Origin: a virus
Reading direction: 5' to 3' (one strand)
IMG/VR virus record: IMGVR_UViG_3300046517_000593
Location: 1-63,454 of that record
DNA length: 63,454 bases
Part shown: positions 50,766 to 58,858 of the stretch, in pieces
How the letters are laid out: each line of letters starts with the position of its first letter
How positions within the stretch are numbered: position 1 is the first letter of the stretch
Notes under the pieces: model-generated
Database searches by the model: none
Told to the model about the DNA's origin: nothing
The model's input: only the letters and a program-made list of their open reading frames with translations
Program-made: the position numbers and the translations under genes

Positions 50766-50993
50766 TCAAAACACTTTCTTGCAATTCGTGCAGCGATATT
50801 TCTGTTCTTGATACCAAAACGAAGCAATGACCAGCGGTATCCCGATTAGGAAAGGACTGAAGCATAGTCCAATCACAAGGCATATCCAGCCGCTAACCGT
50901 GAAACTCTTTCCAGCCTTAACAATTATTTGCGTGCCGCATCTAGGACAAGCCATCCCTGCCGGCACTGAGTAGATATTCGATATTAATTTCAT
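50766..50993 (-). CDS. LITAF-like zinc-ribbon membrane protein
   Basis: CPRCG-(x)-hydrophobic WICLVIGLCFSPFLIGIPLVIASF-(x)-CTNC. Confidence 0.5.
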   Translation of the reverse strand: MKLISNIYSVPAGMACPRCGTQIIVKAGKSFTVSGWICLVIGLCFSPFLIGIPLVIASFWYQEQKYRCTNCKKVF

Positions 50994-51298
50994 ACCTCTG
51001 GTAATGCGTCGAATTCCTTCTGGGTCATGGCGCGAAATTCAAATATCACCTTTTCCGTGAATTCATTGTCGAGTGTGCCTTCGCCTCGCTCCAGATTATC
51101 GAGAAGCGCATCTAACCACTCGTGAGCTGTTTTTCGGTTATGCGCGATGTTTCCCAAATCGCTTCCGTCCTTTATGAAAAAGATTTTCAAAAGATCGTCT
51201 CGGCATTTGACAACCTCATTCTGATTAGATTCTAATCGCTTATTTAATATCTCTTTTGGAGCAGGTGGATGGAAACCCATAATGCTTTTTTTATTCAT
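50990..51298 (-). CDS. hypothetical protein
   Basis: Start trimmed to the ATG at 51298 (MNKKSIMGF...). Confidence 0.5.
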   Translation of the reverse strand: MNKKSIMGFHPPAPKEILNKRLESNQNEVVKCRDDLLKIFFIKDGSDLGNIAHNRKTAHEWLDALLDNLERGEGTLDNEFTEKVIFEFRAMTQKEFDALPEV

Positions 51299-51299
51299 T

Positions 51300-51467
51300 T
51301 CATTTTTCCCAGTAATCATCCCAAATTGGACAAATGACGATTGCAACAAATAATTGAAAGGCTCCTTCTGTGTATTCCTTAAGGAAAATCATTCCGGCTC
51401 CAGCAACTACCAATCCTAAGCAAATCCCGCAACGCGATAAGAACATTGCTCTCGACAGTAAATCCAT
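51300..51467 (-). CDS. 55-aa two-TM peptide (below the ORF-track cutoff)
   Basis: Hand translation MDLLSRAMFLSRCGICLGLVVAGAGMIFLKEYTEGAFQLFVAIVICPIWDDYWEK. It begins 5 nt after the TerL stop. Confidence 0.35.
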   Translation of the reverse strand: MDLLSRAMFLSRCGICLGLVVAGAGMIFLKEYTEGAFQLFVAIVICPIWDDYWEK

Positions 51468-51472
51468 TATCT

Positions 51473-52915
51473 TCATAAGACCCTCCTTGAATACCTCGGC
51501 ATGCCATATTCACGCCGGTCGATTGCTTCAACTCGTGTAGCCATCACATTCGTATTACCAGACAAATATTTATAAGCACTGCTCACACCGTCAACACAAT
51601 CGTCATGGTCGCTGCCAGGAAACTGGTCGCACTGGTCAAAGAAGTCGCCATTCCAATCCGCACGCACACAAAATATCAATCCATCCTGCATCCGGCTACC
51701 CCAAAGGCTTGCTCGCATCTCTTTATTACCTTCGGGGATATCCTCGAATATTACGTGCTGCTGTAGCTCTGGATGAACCTTCAAATCCTGGTAGTAACCT
51801 TTCTGTGGTCCGTTGCTCTCGATTGTCATTATGACTTTTGTTCCGTCTTGGTGCGCCGTTGAGATAATCTCGCGCTTACCATCCGGCCATTTACCTTGCC
51901 GCCTCTTGACGTGCAGAATGTAGTAATTCCCTTTCCCATCCATGCCCACCTTCGCGCCAGCCAAATAATCCGCTGACTGCTTGTCAGAGAAAGCCAAATC
52001 CCAAGCCCTGACTATTTGAACAAGCTCAGGCACTGAGTCGGCATCAATCATCACAAACTTGGAACTATCCAAAACATTGCCTTCATCCGGTCGAGGGCGC
52101 CCTTGATATTTCGCAGCAAATGCTTTTGAGCCGACACCCTTCTTAATCCCGTCTAAAGCTTCGAGCGGATATTTCTCAGGCCAGAGAGCTTCACCTTGCT
52201 CGGAGATAGCTGGCATGTGAAGCGTTTCCCACTTCTCGCCGTCTCCAGCCTCTGAAGCCTGCATCAATCTTCCGGCCAAATCCTCGGAGTGCCATCGCGA
52301 CATGATGAGCACGATTGCACCATTCGGGTCCAGCCTATCTCTGAGTGTCTGCTTATACCAATCCCATACCGCATCACGACGCACCTTGGAATTAGCCTCA
52401 ACATTGTCTGCTATTGGGTCATCAATAATTATCAGATTTGCCCCACGGCCAGTCGGGGCCGCTCCAACGCCTAAAGCACGCATCGTGGACCGATAAGCGC
52501 CTAGAAGTGCCCAATCCTGCGTGCTGCTGAAATCTTGGTTGACCTCCACGTTCGGGAACAGTTCTCGATAACGATTATTACCAATGATGCAATCCCGGAC
52601 ATTCCTGCTGAAACCTAAAGCGAGATTCCCGCTGTGGCTGGTTAGGATGACTGAATCTTTTGGATGGCGGCTGAGATACCACGTCGGGAATTTCTCGGAA
52701 CAAAGGGAACTCTTCCAATGACGTGGAGGACAGGTTACAAAGAGCCGCTTAATCTCACCTCGTTCGACTGCCTCCAGTTTCTCAGAAATCCTCCGAAGAT
52801 GCTCAGCCTCGTAATTCTGAGCCGCATTCGGGTCTATATAGCACGAGAACTCAGTAAGATAATTGCGAGCGTGATTAACCCGAATGGCTCTCGCCATTTG
52901 AATCGCCTGCTCCAT
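51473..52915 (-). CDS. terL: terminase large subunit
   Basis: CPPRHWKSS (P-loop-like), IIIDDPIAD, nuclease-domain WDLAFSDKQSADY ... SDHDDCVDG. The start is uncertain (ATG at 52915 or 52897, TTG at 52948). Confidence 0.8.
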   Translation of the reverse strand: MEQAIQMARAIRVNHARNYLTEFSCYIDPNAAQNYEAEHLRRISEKLEAVERGEIKRLFVTCPPRHWKSSLCSEKFPTWYLSRHPKDSVILTSHSGNLALGFSRNVRDCIIGNNRYRELFPNVEVNQDFSSTQDWALLGAYRSTMRALGVGAAPTGRGANLIIIDDPIADNVEANSKVRRDAVWDWYKQTLRDRLDPNGAIVLIMSRWHSEDLAGRLMQASEAGDGEKWETLHMPAISEQGEALWPEKYPLEALDGIKKGVGSKAFAAKYQGRPRPDEGNVLDSSKFVMIDADSVPELVQIVRAWDLAFSDKQSADYLAGAKVGMDGKGNYYILHVKRRQGKWPDGKREIISTAHQDGTKVIMTIESNGPQKGYYQDLKVHPELQQHVIFEDIPEGNKEMRASLWGSRMQDGLIFCVRADWNGDFFDQCDQFPGSDHDDCVDGVSSAYKYLSGNTNVMATRVEAIDRREYGMPRYSRRVL

Positions 52916-53393
52916 TGGAAGCGCCGTTATGTCCGATTCTGTTTTCAAGTAACTCTAACATCTTCCTTCCGGCTTCCCGGCTCAATGGTTTTTCTATCGT
53001 GAAAGTCTCGCTCTGGATAGGACCGCCTTCAGGCCCGCTGATTTGCTGGACTCTCGGAGCATCCAATCCCAGAAGCTCATCAATCCTTTGCCGGGCGCGC
53101 AATCGGGCGCCTGGGCTAGCCTTGCCTCCTGGTGCTGCGATGGCTTGGTAGAATGCGAATGAATCTTTTCTGTGCTGGTCTTTATTCTGGCCAAACTGCT
53201 TGCGGATGGCATCCTTCGCACGAGAGATATATTCTTCGCATTGGCGGGCTGTGATGCCATATTTAGCAAGGATAACGCGTTTAATTTGACCTTTTAGGAC
53301 ACCTTGACTGAGCAAAGATTGGACAAGCTCGATACGTTCCTCGATTTGTTCGTAAGTAGCTTTACGGAAAGGCTTGATGTCTTTGCGTTTCAT
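52875..53393 (-). CDS. terminase small subunit candidate
   Basis: 172 aa directly upstream of TerL. HTH-like ILAKYGITARQCEEYISRAK. Confidence 0.5.
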   Translation of the reverse strand: MKRKDIKPFRKATYEQIEERIELVQSLLSQGVLKGQIKRVILAKYGITARQCEEYISRAKDAIRKQFGQNKDQHRKDSFAFYQAIAAPGGKASPGARLRARQRIDELLGLDAPRVQQISGPEGGPIQSETFTIEKPLSREAGRKMLELLENRIGHNGASNGAGDSNGESHSG

Positions 53394-54277
53394 TTCTTGA
53401 GCAAAGCTTTGATTGCTGGACTGCGAATGGGTTTTACTTGGATGAGTTTAAGACCGTAATCATTCGGCTTTATTGCCTTCAAATCTATTCCAGGCTTCAA
53501 GATGAGTTGATTATCGAATCTTTTCCAAGAATCTTTTACGATATGCTGAGCGCGTTTGAAACGTCTACCTACTTTTACGACTCCAGGCCATACCCGTTCA
53601 AGTGAACGAGCCATTTTGGTTCTGCCGTCCGCTTTGTAAAGCTGGTCTGAGTTGCCGCCTTTCATAGACATCGTTTGCATCTTTTCGATGAGAAAAGCAT
53701 TGACTGAAATAGTGCACAACCCTCTTGAGAGGGCCTGCAAACACAAATCGGTATCTTCATTATACCTACCGCGCCAGCGAAACGGTAAATCATTTTGAAT
53801 AAGTAAGCAGGAATAAACTCTTGAATTGAGATAAAATGGTGGGGTTTGTCTGCCGTTCGTTATGAATGCGAACATAGAATAATTGAGTCAAGCTATCGCC
53901 ACATTTTCATATCTATCGATAAGCGATTCGACGGCAGCGAAAGCATTCCCTGATTTACACTTGATACGATAGCCAAAATATCGGCGTTTTATGCTCCGAA
54001 TATTATCATCGAGAATCCAATGCCTTGAATGCCCTTCAGATTTAGCATGCTCCCAGACCCAATTACGCGCCGGTATACTACCTTGTCCAAGATTACTGAA
54101 TGGGAGAATTAGCAATCGATCTTTCCCTACGATAGGAGCATATTCGGATTCTTCCTGTGGCTCTATTGCGATTTGAAATGGAACTTCATCCTTAATCAAG
54201 AATCTAGCCGTTAGAAGATTCTTAGCCCTACCTTTGGAGATTATATAAACCGGATATTTTGGAAGGGTAAATTTCAT
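53390..54277 (-). pseudogene. GT-A-like glycosyltransferase gene interrupted by a single in-frame TGA (halves 53888..54277 and 53390..53875)
   Basis: Both ORFs are in the same frame. Sequence reads ...GTG GCG ATA GCT TGA CTC AAT TAT TCT ATG TTC... Motifs YIISKGR, WILDDN (DxD-like) and NEDTDLCL. Confidence 0.45.
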
Positions 54278-54924
54278 CCTGAAAATTGCACTGATGAAGG
54301 ATCATCTTTTTCTTTAGAAGGCCACCAAGTTGACCATCTATCGTTGTCCTCTGGAACTTTCAATCCAACGCGCTTAGCGAATGCTGCTCTATCTTTCCTA
54401 TTCCGGAAAAGAACGTAAATTTTAAGTGCCTTTTCATCTGAACCAAATTCCGGCATCCCAGCCCAATGGGCGGCTTCATCGAAGTCTTTTATTTCACTCT
54501 CCGGCCTTGTTACCATCGCAAGGGCTGCCAACATCTGCGCGTCATAGCCAGTCCCAAGAAGTCCATCTGCATCTTCGTTTAGCTCCTTGAGTATTTCCGT
54601 TAATGCTCTGTCATTTACTTCGATAAGGTGGCCGACTTCATTATCTCCAGCGAGCACCTTCAAGGCCGAAGGAGAATCAGCCTCAATATTTAGTCGAATC
54701 ACCGGAACGAATTTCATCTCCATCTTTTGCGCCGCTGCAACTACTCCATGACCGGCGAGAATCGTGAAATCTTTGGCCGTGACGATATTGCGATAGAAAC
54801 CATTTTTCTTGATGCTATGAATCAAATGTTCGAGCTGGTCAGCAGGATGCTCTCGATAATTGCGAGGATGCGGCTTGAGCTTTCCTATCGCAATCGACTC
54901 TACTTTTAGCTTTGCTTGTTTCAT
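54274..54924 (-). CDS. ParB-like nuclease-domain protein
   Basis: IAIGKLKPHPRNYREHP...LIHSIKKNGF...ILAGHGVVAAA. Confidence 0.65.
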   Translation of the reverse strand: MKQAKLKVESIAIGKLKPHPRNYREHPADQLEHLIHSIKKNGFYRNIVTAKDFTILAGHGVVAAAQKMEMKFVPVIRLNIEADSPSALKVLAGDNEVGHLIEVNDRALTEILKELNEDADGLLGTGYDAQMLAALAMVTRPESEIKDFDEAAHWAGMPEFGSDEKALKIYVLFRNRKDRAAFAKRVGLKVPEDNDRWSTWWPSKEKDDPSSVQFSG

Positions 54925-55913
54925 TACACCAATTCTGGAATCAATTCATTCAACACTGTCAACGGCAATTCTTCCTGCGCGTGTTTTTTATTCGATGCGT
55001 CATGAATGTTTTTTGCTGCCTGCCGATAGTAGCTCGGCTTTAGCTCGATTCCAATAGCTAATCGTCCAAGAACTATAGACTCATGAACCTCTGAGCCTAC
55101 TCCCATAAATGGAGTAACTACTACTTCGCCAGGATTTGACCACAGCGTAATTATTCGGTCGATAACGTCGAGTTGCAGCGGATGAATATGTTTCTCATCT
55201 TCCGAATCTCGCGCTGCTTCAAACGGAAGCACGCGACCGATTCGGATATCGTCCCAAAATGCACTCGCATATTGTCGCCAAATCCAATGCGAATACCGAT
55301 TCTGAATCTGATTGCCAGTCCAGCCTTTATATTGCTGAAGCTCATGCGGTATCTGGCGTTCACCGGCGTATTCCATCAATCCGTTTGGATGCGCTATCGG
55401 AACTTTATTCTCACCTTTTTTCCTGAAAACGACCACGTAGTCAGCAGATGCAACGGAACACCTCGAAGAATCATCAACAATAGTCTTGTGAGCCAAATTC
55501 TTTGCCATCGTTCGATTGCGAACTGCCAGCGGCTCTTTCCAGACCGCGTATCTCCCGATGAATTCAAACTTGTGCTTTTCGTGTAATCGAATGATATCAC
55601 CAGGGAAATCAACGAGATGGTCTATGCCGCAATTACCAGATGGCACATCCATACAATGCACTGCTGTAATTCTGCCTGGCATTGTAAGGCGAGAAATTTC
55701 CTTCACAACGAAAGCGTAATGCTCGAAAAACTTTCCATAATCCAAACAGTTCGATAAGTCCCGCTCGCTGGAGCTATAGCAATACAGACCTCCGAACGGA
55801 GGAGAATATATCGAAAGATGAACTGATTTGTCTGGAAACTTTTGAAGAACCTCACAGCAGTCTCCATTGTATATCGCATACCGCTCTTTAATTTCTTGTT
55901 CGATTATAGCCAT
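54924..55913 (-). CDS. DNA methyltransferase (N4/N6 beta class)
   Basis: Motif IV is SIYSPPFGG (SPPF). Motif I is VVTPFMGVGSE. Confidence 0.75.
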   Translation of the reverse strand: MAIIEQEIKERYAIYNGDCCEVLQKFPDKSVHLSIYSPPFGGLYCYSSSERDLSNCLDYGKFFEHYAFVVKEISRLTMPGRITAVHCMDVPSGNCGIDHLVDFPGDIIRLHEKHKFEFIGRYAVWKEPLAVRNRTMAKNLAHKTIVDDSSRCSVASADYVVVFRKKGENKVPIAHPNGLMEYAGERQIPHELQQYKGWTGNQIQNRYSHWIWRQYASAFWDDIRIGRVLPFEAARDSEDEKHIHPLQLDVIDRIITLWSNPGEVVVTPFMGVGSEVHESIVLGRLAIGIELKPSYYRQAAKNIHDASNKKHAQEELPLTVLNELIPELV

Positions 55914-57271
55914 GCTGGCACTCTTTCTTTTTTCTTGAATTTTACTCCCCTACTTATACCCATTGAATCATTCATTTGCGCTACTAAATCCGAAAACATT
56001 TTATCAGCGGCAGCACTCTTACGCTTGAGATTTCTCAGCACTGACTTCTCTCCTTCGGTCGTAACGATATCAACTCGCACTTCACGCTTCTGACCGAACC
56101 TCCAGCAACGTCTTACCCCTTGATAATATTGCTCAAAACTATGAGATGGGAAAGATGTTACGTGAGCGCAATGTTGGAAATTCAATCCCCAAGCTCCAAT
56201 CTTAGGCTTGGTAACTAAGACTCGCGTCTGGCCTTTGGCGAATCGCGTAAACTTTTCTTCCTTCACTTCATCTGAATCGCTACCGCTCACCTGCTCGGAG
56301 TCAGAAATCAATTTCTCCAACAAGTCACCCTCCGGGTTTAGATGGCACCAAACTAATGCAGGATCTCCAGTATCCTTCACCAATTCCATAATACGATTAC
56401 ATCGCTCCTCAATCGTTCGTCTGCGTTCTTCGCGCTGCTCATTGAGTCCTACTGCCTCCAATGCGAAAAGCATATCTGGAGCTAACCTCGAAGCCTTAAC
56501 GCAATGTTCCTGCTCTACAAGCGGTGGCAATTTGAAGTCGCTATCATCAAATCCTAAATCAGAAGGCTTTCGAATCGCCCTCGACCACGAACATACCCAC
56601 TTCCAAAACGACTTCTCGGCATGTCCTTTGAATCTCCATTGCGCTCCATCCCAATTCCTATTCACATGCGAAGAATTTTGGTCATTCTTAAAGAACCTCT
56701 GAAGCATGTCCATATATCCTAGCTCTCCAAGAGCCTCGCTGCTTGTTCCCAGCTCGATATAGTCATTCGGAGCCGCTGTAGCTGTGCAGAGCAGTCGATA
56801 AGCAATACAACGAATGAATTCGGTTACCTGTTGACGAGTAGTTCCATCAAACGCTTTAAGCCGGGAACTTTCATCGGCAACGACTGCGACAAAATCTTCA
56901 GGCTTTAACAAATGCAACCGCTCATAGTTCGTCACATTTATACCAGTGAATAATTCTCCATTGATTGACCGCCTAACTTCGATTCCAAACTTCTGACCTT
57001 CATCCACTGTCTGATGCGCGACTGCCAGTGGTGTCAGTATCAACACTCTTTTTCCGGTCTTGCGAACGATGTTTTCAGCCCATACTAATTGTTGTGGAGT
57101 TTTGCCAAGACCGCAGTCCTCAAATAACGCAGCCTTCCCTTTCTCCTGCGACCAGCCGACTAGCTTTTTTTGAAATCCAAACAGGAAGTCCGGCATCCAA
57201 ACCGGTTCAAATCCCGATTTAGTTCCAATCTGCGACTTATTCCGAATAAACTCCTCGTAACCGTTTTTCAT
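55904..57271 (-). CDS. DEAD/SNF2-like helicase
   Basis: DCGLGKTPQ (Walker A), VVADESSRLK (DExx), C-terminal QYYQGVRRCWRFGQKREV. Confidence 0.7.
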   Translation of the reverse strand: MKNGYEEFIRNKSQIGTKSGFEPVWMPDFLFGFQKKLVGWSQEKGKAALFEDCGLGKTPQQLVWAENIVRKTGKRVLILTPLAVAHQTVDEGQKFGIEVRRSINGELFTGINVTNYERLHLLKPEDFVAVVADESSRLKAFDGTTRQQVTEFIRCIAYRLLCTATAAPNDYIELGTSSEALGELGYMDMLQRFFKNDQNSSHVNRNWDGAQWRFKGHAEKSFWKWVCSWSRAIRKPSDLGFDDSDFKLPPLVEQEHCVKASRLAPDMLFALEAVGLNEQREERRRTIEERCNRIMELVKDTGDPALVWCHLNPEGDLLEKLISDSEQVSGSDSDEVKEEKFTRFAKGQTRVLVTKPKIGAWGLNFQHCAHVTSFPSHSFEQYYQGVRRCWRFGQKREVRVDIVTTEGEKSVLRNLKRKSAAADKMFSDLVAQMNDSMGISRGVKFKKKERVPAWL

Positions 57272-57795
57272 GCCTTAAAACACTTCCTTCCTCGCGGAAT
57301 AGCTCCAGGCAAATGCGACCACGTGTAACCACTCATCGCAGCCCACAAAGCGAACTTAGATAGACATGGATTCTCTCGGCAAATCACCGATAGCGACTTA
57401 TGCACGTAATCCTCTCGAAGTCTCAGCACCATCGCCTCGGTCATTCGCGCTGCTGGATTTTTAATCCCTTTGGATGAACCGTGAAGCCTCTTATCCTGAC
57501 CGTTCTCAGTGGCTGTTCCCCAAGCTAAATTAGCGGGTAGATTTACTGTCCTTCGGCCATTCAAATGCCTTGCTTGCGCTCCGGCTGGCCGTGGTCCTTT
57601 CCAAGCTAGCAGCACCGCATGATGAATCTTTATTTCAGGCCTCGAGACTTTCAAATAGCCATCCTTGTCCGGTGCCGATCGAAGTATCTTCATGCAACCT
57701 TGCCTCATGGAAAGAATCCGGCCGTCGCGAGACACGAATCTGTCATCATTGGGAATCTTCCTGAAGATACCTCGCTCAAACCGAATCGTTTTCAT
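57268..57795 (-). CDS. HNH homing-type endonuclease (NUMOD4/HNH_3-like)
   Basis: RFVSRDGRILS...DKDGYLKV...IHHAVLLAW...ARHLNGRRTVNLPANLAWGTATEN. Confidence 0.7.
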   Translation of the reverse strand: MKTIRFERGIFRKIPNDDRFVSRDGRILSMRQGCMKILRSAPDKDGYLKVSRPEIKIHHAVLLAWKGPRPAGAQARHLNGRRTVNLPANLAWGTATENGQDKRLHGSSKGIKNPAARMTEAMVLRLREDYVHKSLSVICRENPCLSKFALWAAMSGYTWSHLPGAIPRGRKCFKA

Positions 57796-58634
57796 GCGAG
57801 CACGCGCCGAACCAGCGTCAAAAACTCTTCAACCATTACACCGACATTGACAGTCTCGTTGTATTTGTCACCAGGCCATTTCTCCTCGATAGCCAATATT
57901 AATTCGTGCCGAGGACTGATTACAGGATTCGCGATACCGGCCTTCTCCTGCTCGCGCTTCGCAAACTCGCGGGCTTCTTTCGCAATCTGCTCGCCGTCCT
58001 GCTTCACGTTGTCGATGTAAGCATTGTATTGGATTGCCTCAACGGATTTTTTCTTTCGGTCATTCGCCAATCCGCCTCGCGGTTTTCTCATTTCCAACGT
58101 CTGTTTATTCTTCGGAAGCTTCGCAATCTTCGCCGCCCGACTCACCGCGATGCTCCCTTTCAACACAGCTTTATTGAGAGCCTTGTTCCCTTTGTCCTTC
58201 ACAATTTTTGCGCGCTTGACCGATGGCTCCGATACGTTCGCAGCTTTCGCGGCTTCGGCGATTGTGGAAAGTGGATCATTTGATCCCTTTCTCCCTTTCT
58301 TATTCGTCACGAATTCCGCTGCCAATCGGGCACGTTGTGAATCGTCGAGATGCCGACGGTGAAGATTGAGGCTTGCAACAAGCGCGTGCGGGTCGCCACT
58401 CATCACACTCTCAAATTGCATTTTTACTTTGGCCTTCTTGCAGGCCAGATACCGATTCCTGCCGTCAATGATTTGACCTTCGAACAAAAGTATCGGCTCG
58501 TGCAATCCGTGTGCGCGAATGTCCTTCGAGAGTTCTTCCAGCTTATCCGGCTCCAGCACCGGGAAGAGTTCGGAGAGTGGATGGAACTTTAGTTTACCTG
58601 TCGGGAATGCTTTTGTTTTTATGTTAGTGCTCAT
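57792..58634 (-). CDS. ParB/KorB-like DNA-binding protein (ParB N-domain plus HTH)
   Basis: LHEPILLFEGQIIDGRNRYLACK. HTH-like STIAEAAKAANVSEPSVKRAKIV. Contains one copy of the 14-bp palindrome. Confidence 0.65.
   Translation of the reverse strand: MSTNIKTKAFPTGKLKFHPLSELFPVLEPDKLEELSKDIRAHGLHEPILLFEGQIIDGRNRYLACKKAKVKMQFESVMSGDPHALVASLNLHRRHLDDSQRARLAAEFVTNKKGRKGSNDPLSTIAEAAKAANVSEPSVKRAKIVKDKGNKALNKAVLKGSIAVSRAAKIAKLPKNKQTLEMRKPRGGLANDRKKKSVEAIQYNAYIDNVKQDGEQIAKEAREFAKREQEKAGIANPVISPRHELILAIEEKWPGDKYNETVNVGVMVEEFLTLVRRVLA
58273..58286 (+). repeat. 14-bp palindrome GGATCATTTGATCC, copy 5 of 5
   Basis: Within cassette 58269-58290 inside the ParB/HTH gene, read as G-S-N-D-P. Confidence 0.9.
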
Positions 58635-58648
58635 TTATTTCTGTTGTT

Positions 58649-58858
58649 TTATTTACCGAGGTTTACTGCCAAAAGTAGAATCGCCTTTTCGTCTCCGGTC
58701 AATTCCGATCCTTCGATGATTTTGCAATCGAGCAATACGCGATTGATTTTGTTATGCAATCCAGCATGACCATAAATTCGGTCCTGAACCGTAAGCTTCA
58801 ATTTCTTGCCGAGATGCGTTAGCCATTCGACTTCGTATGTGTCGCTCCAATCGCTCAC
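58649..58858 (-). CDS. hypothetical protein
   Basis: 69 aa. The GTG start overlaps the upstream TGA (GTGA). Confidence 0.5.
   Translation of the reverse strand: MSDWSDTYEVEWLTHLGKKLKLTVQDRIYGHAGLHNKINRVLLDCKIIEGSELTGDEKAILLLAVNLGK

Noticed and set aside
53888-53890. Genome-wide TGA reassignment (code 4 or 25) suggested by the in-frame TGA and the tRNA-like element
   Set aside because: TGA ends many genes exactly at ATGA/GTGA overlaps with the next start (for example at 155, 1684, 1911, 6204, 10653, 19462, 43157 and 58855). TGA therefore functions as a stop here. TAA and TAG are also used as stops.
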